This document shows, piece after piece, positions 13,080 through 24,849 of a stretch of 64,000 nucleotides of DNA. A model generated the notes under the pieces. It did no database searches and was not told where the DNA came from. It was given only the letters and a program-made list of their open reading frames with translations. Made by a program: the position numbers and the translations under genes. Every line of letters starts with the position of its first letter. Positions within the stretch are counted from its first letter, which is position 1. The stretch is from Octopus vulgaris (Eukaryota): assembly GCA_951406725.2 (NCBI GenBank), contig OX597822.1:24118001-24182000 (forward strand), written 5' to 3'.

Positions 13080-13730
13080 CTAGCACACCAGGCGAAATGC
13101 TTAGCGGTATTTTGTCTGAGGTCGACTTTCCCTTTCATCCTTTCAGGGTCAATAAATTAAGAGTCAGTTAACCACTCCCCATCAAATTTCAGGCTTTGTG
13201 CCTATAGTAGAAAGTATTATCATTATTATTATTATTATTGTTATCATTATTATTATTACGGTGGTAAGCACGCCGGGCAAAATTCTTAGTGGTATTTCAT
13301 CTGTCTTCGTGTTCTGAGTTCAAATCCCACCAAGGTCAACTTTGCCTTTTAACTTTTCAGGATCAATAAAGTACCAGTTGAGCACTGGGAGTGATGTAAT
13401 TGACTTAACCCTTCCCTGAAAATTTCAGGGAGGAGTGCCAGTAGTAGAAACGATTATTATTATTATCATTTGAGGTTGATGTAATGGACTCATCCCCAAC
13501 CCCAAAATTGCTGCCCTTGTGGCAAAATTTGAAATCATTATTATCATCATCTGTCTTTTATGTTCTGAGATCAAATTCCACTGAGGTCAACTTTACTTTT
13601 CATCATTTTGGGGTTGATAAAATAAATACCAGCTGAGTACTGGTGTCAATGTAACCAACTATCCCACTCCTCCAAATTCCAGGCCCTGGGCCTATAGTAG
13701 AAAGGAACATTATTATTATTATTATTATTT
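13080..13730 (+). mobile_element. Three tandem degenerate D-related SINE copies with (ATT)n tails
   Basis: Repeated GTCRACTTT.CCTTT.A.C.TTTCAGG.TCAATAAA block at about 13120, 13335 and 13585. Confidence 0.7.
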
Positions 13731-13745
13731 CCTAAATTTCCTATA

Positions 13746-13916
13746 GGCATTGGAGTGGCTGTGAGGTAAGTAGCTTGCTTATCAACCACATAGTTCTGGG
13801 TTCAGTCCCACTGCGTGGCACCTTGCGCAAGTGTCTTCTTCTATAACCTCGGGCCGACCAAAGCCTTGTGAGTGGATTTGGTAGATGGAAACTGAAAGAA
13901 GCCCGTCGTATATATA

Positions 13917-13947
<31 letters not shown>

Positions 13948-14142
13948 TTCTGTGTCTGTGTTTGTTCCCTCAACATTGCTTGACAACCGTAACTTAGCGG
14001 TTCGGCAAAAGAGACCAATAAAATAAGTACTAGGCTTACAAAGAATAAGTTCTGGGGTCGATTTGCTCGACTAAAGGTGGTGCTCCAGCATGGCCACAGT
14101 CAAATGACTGAAACAAGTAAAAGAGTAAAAGAGAGTAAGAGT
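13746..14142 (+). mobile_element. SINE family A copy
   Basis: Same family. Ends about 40 bp from the exon 13 donor. Confidence 0.88.
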
Positions 14143-14180
14143 AAAGAAAAGAAAAGAAATCACAAAGCAAATGGTTATAC

Positions 14181-14355
14181 CGGTGTTTTTAAATCTTTAA
14201 GTTGGTTCCGCAACTCAAAGAGTTCAGTCGATGTGAGTAAAATAGTGTTGAGTGTTTGCACCATGATGCACGCAAAGGATGCATCCTCTTCTTGCATCAG
14301 TATTTCAGAAAGTGTTCTATAGATGTCTTCTGCATTTAGCTGTAACGCCAGTTGT
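14181..14355 (-). CDS. VAC14: VAC14 coding exon 13 ([12 protein letters not shown]...[23 protein letters not shown])
   Basis: CAG acceptor, GTATAA donor, 175 nt. Near-invariant [11 protein letters not shown] of the C-terminal Fig4-binding region. Confidence 0.97.
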
Positions 14356-14619
14356 CTGAAATGGTAAAACAAATTCAAAACTTTATTTACATTTCAATAT
14401 TAAAATTTAATCTTTACTTTTATCTTTGTCAAATACATGCTTTTAAGCTCAGTCTCATAGGTTGGCACCTTGGGCAAGTGTCTTCTTATATAATTTCTGG
14501 GTTGACCAAATCATGGAATTTGGTAGACAGAAACGGGTGTATGTGTGTGTATGTGTGTGTGAGTGTGTAGATATGTGTGTGGAAGTGTTACATTATGTAA
14601 CACTTAAAAATAATAATAA

Positions 14620-15110
14620 TAATGAAATTATTGTATACAGTGCTCAGGTGCACCACAACTTGTCAGAAAGTGCGTATAAAGTATATGCAGTAATGTACAA
14701 ATGTCTGGAAAGTGAAGAGTATACATGCTTGCGTGTGTATGGAGGGGAGAAAATAAGGTGTAGTGTTGGCGAATCTCAGGAAGCATGGAAGTTTTGAAGG
14801 ATGCAGTGCTCCGACAACTAACAACTGATGCCAGCAGTCTGTTCCATGCTTCAGCAACTCTTAGCATGAAAAAATGTTTCCGAAAGTCATGGGAACTTTG
14901 CTGTTTTCTGACTTTGTAAACATGTCCACGGGTGTTAGACAGGTGGAGTTTGAAAAGGTGCTGAGAGTTGTTGTTTGTAAGATGGTTAATAATGTTATGG
15001 GTGTCTGCCAAGTCAGCTGCCAGACGTCAGAGTTTCAATGTGTCCATGCCCAGGGAAGTAAGGCGTTCAGAATAAGGCAAATGCCTGATGGAGGGTATTC
15101 TCTTCTATGC
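14620..15110 (-). mobile_element. CR1-type LINE 3' fragment
   Basis: NTRGHVYKV...FRKHFFMLRVAEAWNRL...ASFK. Related fragment at about 28035-28230 (-). Confidence 0.85.
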
Positions 15111-16255
15111 ATCAATAAAAAAAAACATATCTGAAACAGCCATAGTGAACCACAATCCATCTATTGTTATTTGTTTATCATTCACCTTACTAGGAACCTG
15201 CACTTCATTGGGATCTGGAGTCTATTGTGTGCAGTACAATGGGTGGAGTGTTTGCACCCATGTGTGACTTTGAGGGCTTGTATATTCAGTCAGCCATTTG
15301 TGGTTGTACACACAACTGGAGGTCTTCAAATATTGTTTGTACACGATAGTGATCTGACCTTGGTGCTTTACTATTTAAGGACCTGATTTGCTTCAGTCCT
15401 GACATTTTCATACATATATATACATGTGTGTGTATGGCTCCTGTGCAGGTGGCACATAAAAAGCACCATTTGAGCGTGGCCGTTGCCAGTACCGCCTGAC
15501 TGGCCCCTCATGCCAGTGGCACGTAAAAGCATCCACTACACTCTCGGAGTGGTTGGCGTTAGGAAGAGCATCCAGCTGTAGAAACTCTGCCAGATCAGAT
15601 TGGAGTCTGATGCAGCCATCTGGTTCGCCAGACCTCAGTCAAATCGTCCAACCCATGCTAGCATGGAAAGCGGACGTTAAACGACAACGATGATGATGAT
15701 GGTGTGTGTGTGTGTACATATGCATGTTTACTTGTGTTTGTGTGCATAATGATATCTGTGTATATGAATTTATACTTCTATCTGTGAGTATTCGTTATAG
15801 TAAATGATCTTGTTCTGATGTTTGTAGTCTAGTGGTTTGATGCCAGCAATTATGTCTCCTCTACACAACATTCTGCTGTTCTACACTATAGTATCTCGCC
15901 TCCCTCCGATCCTTCTTTCTCCTTGTCTTCCTCAATAGCTTTATATCTTGCCGTTCCTTTTCTCTCACCATCAATTCAACACAAATAAATTAACGTTGCC
16001 TTCTCTGTAGACAGGTTTATGACATTACCCATATTATATATGGCCACGCTTCTGTACAGTTTCCCTCTCCCACTTGAGGGTCATCACACATTCCATATAT
16101 TGCTATTTTCTCTGAACCAAATTTTTCATTTTTAAGTTTTAATGCACCTGAAAATAACTTAATTTTTCATGATGTTAATTGGTGTATTCTTCAATAAAAA
16201 TGTGTCTGAAACAGCTGTAATGAATTCCAACCCATTTGTGCTTTTTCCTTATGTA

Positions 16256-16712
16256 CAGGGTGTCCCAAAAGTAATGATGGGTTTCAATTTTTAATAACTT
16301 CCTTAACTTACAAATAAATGCATGAAATTTTGATACAGTATAAAGGACATAATAGAAATTAATTTGCACAAGTCAAAATTTGCAACACCACTACATTATA
16401 TATGAAAAATGACATCACTTAAAAGGCAGCCATTTTCGGCTTCGCACCATAACAGCCTCAAGAATTTCAGACCCCATTTCTCTGATTTCTCTATTGATGT
16501 TCCTCTTCAACTGCACCAGGGTCTCTGGTTTGTTGACATAAACCCTCTCTTTCAGGTATCTCCACAAGAAAAAATCCAAGCTAGTCAAGTCTGGGGAACA
16601 TGAAGGCCAGTTGACATTGCCGTAGAGGGAGATGATTCTCTCTCCAAAGCACTGCCGTAGCAACTGCATTGTTTCTCTTGTGGTATGAGCAGTTGCCCCA
16701 TCTTGCTGGCAC
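16256..16712 (-). mobile_element. Tc1/mariner DD41D (rosa-type) transposase 3' remnant with TIR
   Basis: QQDGATAHT...WPSCSPDLTSLDFFLWRYLK with 41 residues between the 2nd and 3rd Asp. TA-CAGGGTGTCCCA terminus. Confidence 0.85.
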
Positions 16713-16741
16713 CCTGTCTGAGGTTCCAGCAGACCTGACTA

Positions 16742-17012
16742 GCCAGGAGGAGGAGGAAGGGGTGGGGGAGGGTGGGGGAAATGGGGGAGGGGGAAGAGGA
16801 GGGAAGAGGCATAGAAGGGGGAGGGAGGGGAGGGAGGGGAGGGAGGGGAGGGAAGAGGACGAGAGGGGGAGGAGGGAAGAGGAGAAGGGGAGGAGGGAAG
16901 AGGAGAAGGGGAGGAGGGAAGATGAGGAGGAGGCGGAAGAGGAGGAGGGAAGATGAGGAGGAGGAGGGGAGGAGGAGGGTGAGGGTGAAGAGGAGGGAAG
17001 AGGAGGAGGAGG
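16742..17012. repeat. Polypurine GA-rich low-complexity tract
   Basis: About 270 bp of almost pure G/A in GGA and GGGA units. Confidence 0.9.
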
Positions 17013-17318
17013 CTGATCATGATGGTGACTTACAAATTTGTCTGTGCTGGTGTTGGTGGTAGTGGTGATGATGACAAAACAGAGGGGTATCGGAAAACTA
17101 TTGGAGATCGGATCAATTAACACAGTTGTCTTTTTATGAAAGACGAAGTGTCAGTGACACAAAAGCTGCCAAAATATGATGGCAATGTCAATGAGAAAAC
17201 ATGTACACAAAGACACATACACACATGTACAAACACACACACACACACACACATATATACAAACGCACATACACACATATGCAAACATTCAGGCATGCAT
17301 ATGTATCAAGACCCTTAC

Positions 17319-17545
17319 CGTAGTATAAAGGTCCCTTTTTCTTCCAGCAGGTTTTGTTCCCGATGAAATAACTGAATGAGTTCTCTCATGAATTTATCAA
17401 AGTAGTGATTAAGACTAGTGAGGACCTTTGTGTTGGCACTCTTGTCTTCATTCCTGGATGTTTCTGTGCTGGAACCTGGTTTTGCTTGTTTGCCAGCTGG
17501 ATTGGACGAAATTTCAGCAAGAGCTTCAAGATCAAGAAGTACAAC
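17319..17545 (-). CDS. VAC14: VAC14 coding exon 12 (VVLLDLEALAEISS...LLEEKGTFILR)
   Basis: GCAG acceptor, GTAAG donor, 227 nt. Lies within ORF 17315-17551. Confidence 0.95.
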
Positions 17546-17785
17546 CTGCAAAAGTAATTCATTACATATATATATATATTGCTACATATGTTTCCACAAA
17601 GACATGACATTTTGTGTGTATGTGTCTTGCTTCATTATGTACGTTATCAAACACACACACATCTACGCATACATATATATATATGTGTGACGACTGAGAT
17701 ACCTGAATGTATGTATGTGAGTTCTAGAGGTGAAATAGTTTTAAAGAAATAAACAAACATTGATGTTTCTAATTTTTTGACCTAC

Positions 17786-17851
17786 CTCATCAGAAGGGTC
17801 TTTCAGGGTTTGAAGGAATAAAGGGAAAAAGTCATCAATGTACTGGAATGT
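17786..17851 (-). CDS. VAC14: VAC14 coding exon 11 (TFQYIDDFFPLFLQTLKDPSDE)
   Basis: CAG acceptor, GTAGG donor, 66 nt. LQTLxDxSDE motif. Confidence 0.94.
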
Positions 17852-17929
17852 CTGAAAGAGAATGGTGACAATAAAAATCAAATAAGTCATGAATATAGAA
17901 ACAGCAAAGATTATAATTTGTCAATCTGA

Positions 17930-18238
17930 CACTCTGTCAATTACGAAGACAAGGGTTCCAGTTGAGTCGGTCAATGGAACAGCCTGCTTATGAAATTAAC
18001 ATGCAAGGGGCTGAGTACTCCACAGGTACATGTACCTTTAATATAGTTCTCAAGAAGATTCAGCATGAATGGACAAGGCTGGCCATTTGAAATACAAGTA
18101 CAACTCCTTTTTGCTAGATGAGTGGATTAGAGCAACATGAAATAAAGTGTCTTGCTCAAGGACACATGTCACTGAGAATCGAACTCACAACCTTATGATC
18201 ATGAGCTGAATACCCTAACCACTAAGCCACATGCTTTC
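17930..18238 (-). mobile_element. tRNA-derived SINE (family E head)
   Basis: TGGCTTAGTGGTTAG...GAGTTCGATTC and GTCCTTGAGCAAGACACTTTATTTCA central block. Confidence 0.75.
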
Positions 18239-18687
18239 ACTAATAGTCAACCTAAGCATTCTATAAAGGGTTAGGGGTGGGCAAAAGTGATGATGTCTGC
18301 TAGAGATTCAGAGTAGTAACAAGGGTCAATTAAACAATCTACAGGGGCTTTCAACTCAGGGCCCATCTTCATCTTTTATCTTTTACTTGTTTCAATCATT
18401 GGACTGTGGCCATGCTGGGGCACTGTCTTGAAAAGTTTTTGTCAAACAGATTGACCCAATACTTATTAAGTCTGGGTTGTTTGTTATTCAATAGACTGGA
18501 AGATTATTATCTCACTTCAAAACAGACAGGGGTTGGCTGCAAAAAGGGTATCCAGCTGCAGAAAACTCTGCTCTAATGTACTCTCATCTGATCCATGTAA
18601 GCATGGAAAAATAAACATTAAAATGAATGACAGATTCAATATTTATGTGACTCTTCAATTTGAAAAAAAAAATGAGTTAGAAATTAC

Positions 18688-18814
18688 CTTTATAGGAATT
18701 TTATTTAAAAGATGACCGAACCATTGTAGAGCAGCAATCCTTGTTTGAATAGAGTTGTGTGTTAACATCTGGCAGAGAACACTAATTACGGAAGCAATAT
18801 CCAACTGTTCATCT
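18688..18814 (-). CDS. VAC14: VAC14 coding exon 10 (DEQLDIASVISVLCQMLTHNSIQTRIAALQWFGHLLNKIPIK)
   Basis: TTCAG acceptor, GTAAT donor, 127 nt. TRIAxLxW motif. Confidence 0.93.
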
Positions 18815-18855
18815 CTGAAAAGAAAAGGAAAGAAAAATGGAATATCTTCTATCTT

Positions 18856-19250
18856 TTCTATCTTTTACTAGTTTCAGTCATTTGACTGTAGCCATACAGG
18901 GGCACCACCTTGAAGGGTTTTTCAGTTAAGCAAATCAACCTCAGGACTTTATTTTTTTTATGCCTAGTACTTGTTCTGTTGGTCACTTTCCCAAACTGCT
19001 AAGTTATGGGGACATAAACACACCAACACCAGCTGTCTAGCAGTGGTGGAGGGACAAACAGACACACATACATATAGATATATACATATATATATACATA
19101 TGATGGGCTTCTATCAGTTTCCATCAACCAAATCCACTCACAAAGCTTTGGTCAGCCCAAGGCTATAGTAGAAGACACTTGTCCAAAGTGCCCTGCAGTG
19201 GGACTGAACCTGGAACCATGTAGTTGGGAAGCAAGCTTCTTACCACACAT
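18856..19250 (-). mobile_element. SINE family A copy (older, diverged)
   Basis: Reverse-complement similarity to family A. Confidence 0.8.
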
Positions 19251-19489
19251 GTGAAGAAAATAAATAAATTAGGGTGTCATTTTTTATCATGGCAGCTCAG
19301 GACCAAAGACAGAATTTTTCAACTGGTAATCAAGTAATCCAGTACTACCTGGTCATGTTGGGGTGGTTGTCGACTAAGGTTGTGCCCTTAATGGGTTTGC
19401 GTAGTGAGGACAGTGTGTAAGCACCCAGCAGGATTTCAAAACGTAACTTGCCAATGGTGGATGAGTTCCATGAGCACAAAGTAACTTAC

Positions 19490-19642
19490 CGAAGATCACC
19501 GGATTCTTTGGATATTTCACCAGATTCTGGACTAGTGGTAACAGAGGCATCAGAACTCTTGCTGCTGACTGGGAGTTGGTCGTCCCTAGAATCTACTATC
19601 TGCATCATTCGTGTATTTAGAAGCTTTGCTGCTTCTTTGACT
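19490..19642 (-). CDS. VAC14: VAC14 coding exon 9 (VKEAAKLLNTRMMQIVDSRDDQLP...SGDL); alternative in-frame start at 19648
   Basis: Preceded by a U12-like branch site TTCCTTAGT and tandem acceptors CAG-AAA-CAG. GTAAGT donor. Aligns with the IKEVA...DD region of VAC14. Confidence 0.85.
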
Positions 19643-19728
19643 CTGTTTCTGGTACTAAGGAACATTTTTCTTTTCTTTTTTTTGCATCATCTTTGACGTA
19701 TACAAATATATACATACACACATATATA

Positions 19729-20410
19729 CTGGGTGAGCCAAAATTAGTGCCCCAACTCTATGTGTCCCAATTAAACATGTCTATTAGTTCTGTAGTTTCT
19801 TTATGCATGCTGTTATTATTTCTATATCATCATCGTTTAGCATCCGCTTTCCATGCTGGCATGGGTTGGACGATTCAACTGGGGTCTGGGAAGCCAGAAG
19901 GCTGCACCAGGCCCAGTCTGATCTGGCAATGTTTCTACGGCTGGATGCCCTTCCTAACGCCAACCATATATGTTGTTGATTAGTCGATGTGTCGAATTTT
20001 GTGTGAGAATGCTGGCAGAAGCCAGAGATTCCAGATTTTGTGATCGACTCATTTCCTCTGATGAAGCAACATCAATCACCATTCCGGTCACATCAATCGC
20101 CATAACTGCATCTATTATTCAGAAGATGACCCTATAGTGGTTTGGGAAAAGCACGTCAATTCACCTTCTCTTGTCATTTGGGCGGCGATATCGTCTTCAG
20201 GAATTGGTGCATTCCATATTCAATGAGAGGCGATGACTGGTGATCGTTATGTGATGTGTGAAAACATCATTTGGACGTATTTTCGATACCATCATTCCGA
20301 AATCTTTGTGCAAGATGTGACAAATGTGTAAGAAACTTCCTTGATCAGCACCTACAAAATCGTTGAATTTTCAAAACCTTGAATTGGGGCACTAATTTTG
20401 GCCCACCCTG
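19729..20410 (+). mobile_element. Internally deleted Tc1/mariner element with both TIRs and TA TSD
   Basis: CTGGGTGAGCCAAAATTAGTGCCCCAA ... TTGGGGCACTAATTTTGGCCCACCCTG. Transposase relics SDEA, GHINRHN and IWAAISS. Confidence 0.85.
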
Positions 20411-20436
20411 TATAAATATCTATATAAATATAGATG

Positions 20437-20467
<31 letters not shown>

Positions 20468-20489
20468 GTATGATTTCATCTCAATCAAA

Positions 20490-20690
20490 GGAGAGGGGCT
20501 TTCTCTGTCCGGGTTGCGGATCCGTGGAATAAGCTGCCGGACGAGATAGTGAAGATGCCGACGACCGCTTGGTTCAAAGTCTCTCTTGACCAGAAATGGC
20601 CTGAACTCTTTGTATGACCACCCTCCCTGTACATAACTCCCTGTCCCCCTACATGGCCTTGCTTTTGCTTTTTGAGCCAATAAAGTGTTA
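20490..20690 (+). mobile_element. CR1-type LINE 3' end
   Basis: AFSVRVADPWNKLPDEIV...FKVSLD followed by a stop. Confidence 0.75.
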
Positions 20691-21319
20691 GGCCACATTC
20701 TTTTTGAGTGTTGGGCCTTCTTCTCAAGTGTTGGGCATCAAAGAAGCAATGACCGAGACCTTTGGCATTATGTTGTGCTTGAGAAGAAGACTAATGAAGC
20801 CGAGCAAAATCACAGCCATGGCAGATACCGGTGTTATACAAATGGCACCCGTGCCAGTGGCACATAAAAGCACCCATTTACACTCTCAGAGTGGTTGGCG
20901 TTAGGAAGGGCATCCGACCATAGAAAACCATCCAACCCATGCCAGCATGGATAACAGACGTTAAATGAGAATACACACACACACACACATGTATGCGTGT
21001 GTGTGTGTATAAAACACCACTGCTTGTATGACAGTGACTCTCATTTACAACTATCAAGACAAAGAGATACAAACTTACACACACACATAATGAACTTCTT
21101 TCAGTTTCTATCAATCATATCCACTCATAAGGTCTTGGTCAGCCCAGGGTTATAGTAGAAGACACTTGCCAAAGCTGCCATGCAGTAACTGAACCTGGAA
21201 CCTTGTGCTTGGGAATTAAACTTCTTAACCATACAGCTGTACCGGCATCTACACAGTGTCAATATCAATACTTGCTTTGATCTATGGATCAAAACTGAAG
21301 TATAGAGTGATCATGATAC

Positions 21320-21359
<40 letters not shown>

Positions 21360-21466
21360 TTCTTTCTCTCTTCTCTCTCTCTCTTTCTCTCTTGTTATCA
21401 ATACTATACAACCATTGTCAAGGTTTCTGCAAGAGATTTAACTGAACCAATTAATTGAAAGGATAC

Positions 21467-21605
21467 TGTCTTTGTGAAGTGTCACTATATGCTAAACATG
21501 GCAAAGTGGCATTGATGATTCCTGATGCAAATGGTAGCATTGTTCTTCCAGACAACATAACGAACTCGTGAAGCCAGGTGAGGGCAATATGTTGAATTAA
21601 ATCCT
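21467..21605 (-). CDS. VAC14: VAC14 coding exon 8 (DLIQHIALTWLHEFVMLSGRTMLPFASGIINATLPCLAYSDTSQR); followed by a U12-type donor
   Basis: CAG acceptor, 139 nt. Donor GTATCCTTT at 21466-21458. Conserved LPCLAY. Confidence 0.93.
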
Positions 21606-21885
21606 CTGAAATCATTAAAAGAAAATCATTGTGACGTTTGCATATTGGTGTATGTATGTATGTCATTATTCAATTTTATTTCAAGATTTCATACCAATAG
21701 AGAAAGAGCTGGTTTCTAACCTAGACCAGTGAAATTTCAACAACATCAACAGGGTATTTTTGCATGTGCATGTACATGTGCAGTGTTTGTAGCCAGTGCA
21801 CATGCAGATTTGTATGTATGTTTTTTTATGTATTCTCAAGCATATAGTTGCATGTGTAGACATGCACATATATACTTAAATAATG

Positions 21886-21918
<33 letters not shown>

Positions 21919-22169
21919 ATCATCATCATCAAAATAGGATAAAGACTCCCTTGGGTCATGAATGACCATGGTCTGCAGAAAATAACCTTCAGAGGCACAA
22001 GTCTGCATGCATGCGTGTATGTGTGCATTATTGCATAGTGCACATGTATCCCACCCCTATCTATTGCCCATTTTACACCCTCACATTCCCCTACCATTTG
22101 GCTCCCTACATTGTTGTACCTATTCTGTACCATTTCATTTCCCCACCATCTCTTCCTTTCACTATACCT

Positions 22170-22400
22170 ATTTCTTTACTACCCACAAGGGGCTAAACAC
22201 AGAGGGGACAAACAAGGACAGGCAAACGGATTAAGTCGATTACATCGACCCCAGTGCGTAACTAGTACTTAATTTATTGACCCCGAAAAGATGAAAGGCA
22301 AAGTTGACCTCGGCGGAATTTGAACTCAGAATGCAGCAGCGGACGAAATACCGCAAAGAATTTCGCATGGTGTGCTAACAATTCTGTCAGCTCACTGCCT
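22170..22400 (-). mobile_element. SINE family D copy
   Basis: TSD TTCACTATACC. Confidence 0.87.
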
Positions 22401-22875
22401 TCACTATACCATGCCACCCAAAAGCCCAGTAATGTTAACATAGAACTAAAGATCAACAAAAAAGAAAATACCTACACTGAAGCTATTGATAAATTTACAA
22501 TTACTCTATCCTGATTACAAATTCAGGTTTATACCTGTAATTATTGGGGCAAACACACTGCCTAAGTACCAATCTTGAGAAATTAAGCTTCTCAAAACCA
22601 AAAAGGAGAAAGCTGATTTAAAGACTGCAGATTCAACTGTAAAACTTTCCAGAGGTTTACCATTTAAGTATATATGAGCATGTCTAGTCATGCAACTAGA
22701 TGCATGAGAATGCATACATAAAACAAAGCATACAAATCTACACATGTACATACATAGAAAAAATACTTGGTTGATGTTGCTGAAATTCCAATGAAGGAGG
22801 CTTGGATCTAGGTTAGAAACCTGCTCTTTATTAGCAAGAAATCTTGAAATAAAACTGAATAATGACATACATATA

Positions 22876-23083
22876 CAGGGTGTCCATAAATTACCTTTAC
22901 AATTTAAAAACTTCAAAACATTTTTTTAAAATTAGGATAACTCAGCAAAATTTATTGGAAAACATAAGCAAACAAATAAAGTTTTATTATTTTATAAGAA
23001 TGCTTCCATGTGGGCTACATTGGTTGCACAACACATCCAAACATTGCTAGTTGAAGTTGTTAAGACAGCTTATGGACACCCTG
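22876..23083. mobile_element. Tc1/mariner-type MITE
   Basis: TIRs CAGGGTGTCCATAA ... TTATGGACACCCTG. Confidence 0.8.
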
Positions 23084-23121
23084 TGTGTATGTGCACACAC
23101 ACACATATATATATATTATTA

Positions 23122-23154
<33 letters not shown>

Positions 23155-23812
23155 AATGTTTATGATAAATTCTGTCACACTTGGAAAAAGTGTTGTGTGA
23201 TATGGAGACAGACAGACAGATTCAAACGAATGCTACAAGCAGATGAACATATGCAAACACACCTATACACACACACTCAGATGACAACTAGCTATGTGTG
23301 TGTGTGTGTATGTGTAAAAGAGAGAGTAGGAGAAGGGGGAGAGAATGTATATATGTGCACATGCCATTAACATCTATATGTATAGGAACTAAAGGTGCAC
23401 TTACTCTGACAAAAAATTGCTTATCCTCAATGAGTATGGTACTCCCTCTTGGTTGTTTCAGCTATTTGTTAGATTCATTAGATTTATTTTGATTCGTGGT
23501 ATATATGCAATTAAGTGCTTCATATATATATATATTGTGTGTGTGTGTGTGTGTGTGCATGAATAAATCATTTAGTATGTCATATTCATACTTAATACCT
23601 GATGGTCGTTTCCACTTAAGCCATGGAATATCTACATGGTTCAGCTATTGTATGTGAGATTGCTAGTTCCATTAGCTTGTATAATATGAACATATCACAT
23701 TATGCACAAATATGCAACAGTAACAGGCGACAGTTAAAAGACAAGTAATGCTTGATAGATACTATGCAACAGAAATGAAGAGCAATAGAAAAGAAAAATG
23801 TCATTATCTCAC

Positions 23813-23919
23813 CTGAACTTTGACTGTGAACTATGAGTATGTTACCCATTCCATGAAAGTTAACACCATTTTTGGACTTCCGTATGCCAGATAAAAATGA
23901 ATTAAACACATTCTCACAA
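23813..23919 (-). CDS. VAC14: VAC14 coding exon 7 (CENVFNSFLSGIRKSKNGVNFHGMGNILIVHSQSS)
   Basis: TAG acceptor, GTGAG donor, 107 nt. Frame is consistent with both neighbours. Confidence 0.92.
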
Positions 23920-24542
23920 CTAGACAAAGAAAAAGAAAAACATAGATATATGTTAAAGCCGTAAGAATTTATAAATGCTCAAGAGAACATGAATTTCTTT
24001 TTATTTTTTAATTGGCTCTCAAAATAAATCATTATCATCGTCATCGTTTAACATCCACTTTCCATGCTGGCAATGGTTGGATGGTTTGACTGAGGACTGG
24101 TAGAGCAGAAGGTGGTACCAAGCTCCAATCTGATCTGGCAAGGTTTCTACAGCTGGATGCCCTTCCTAATGCCAACTGCTCTGAGAGCATAGTGGGTGCT
24201 TTTTACGTGCCATCAGCAGGAGGGCCAGTCAGGTGGTACTGGCATCGACCATGCTTGAATGGTGCTTTTTACGTGCCTCCAGCATGGGAGCCAGTCAGGC
24301 AGCACTGGCAACAACCACACTCAAACTGTACTTTTTACATGCCACCAGCTATAAATAATGTCATGTAAATATTGGGTTGAAAGATTCCAAGTTCAATTCC
24401 AGGCAGTGACCTGAGTAGTAGTGCTGGTGGTGGTGGTGGTGGTGGCAGTGGCGGTGTTGGTGGCAGCAGCAGCGGCAGCAGTAGTAATAGTAATATCAAA
24501 AAATACCTTAGGAATGAGAACCCAGGTTTGAAATTTCCCCAA

Positions 24543-24589
24543 AATACCTGATGAAGGCTGGAGGGGTATATCAGCCGAAACAGTGTGTT
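24543..24589 (+). ncRNA. Hammerhead motif with degenerate cleavage site
   Basis: AAUAC-CUGAUGA-a-GGCUG...CAGCC-GAAA-CAGU-GUGUU. Related decayed copies at about 35225-35268 (+) and 34952-34976 (-). Confidence 0.65.
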
Positions 24590-24849
24590 AACAACAAACA
24601 AAATGAGGACAAATATCTGTCAAATGTAAATAATGTAAATAATGTAAATAATTCCTCATCTCTTAAATATAGAACTGTACAAAACTAGTTGTTACCATCA
24701 GCCCTAAATACTTGACAGAGACTTTATTTTATTGACCTCGGAAAAATGACCACAGTGGGATTTGAACTCAGAAAGTAAAGAACTAGAATGAATGAATGAA
24801 TACTGCCAATTCACTGCCCTTTTAGTGTATAATAACAATAATTGGTCCC

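Larger units (their letters stand above)
19643..21466 (-). other. U12-type (minor spliceosome) GT-AG intron 8 of VAC14
   Basis: 5' splice site GTATCCTTT. Branch-like TTCCTTAGT at 19662-19654, with the A about 13 nt before the AG and no polypyrimidine tract between. Confidence 0.88.

Noticed and set aside
14171-14180. Exon 13 donor GTATAACC as a third U12 site
   Set aside because: It lacks the TCC at +4 to +6, and the downstream acceptor has an ordinary pyrimidine tract. Treated as a weak U2 donor.
16581-17123. Pro/Ser-rich or Glu/Gly/Arg-rich ORFs
   Set aside because: Translations of the GA-rich low-complexity tract.
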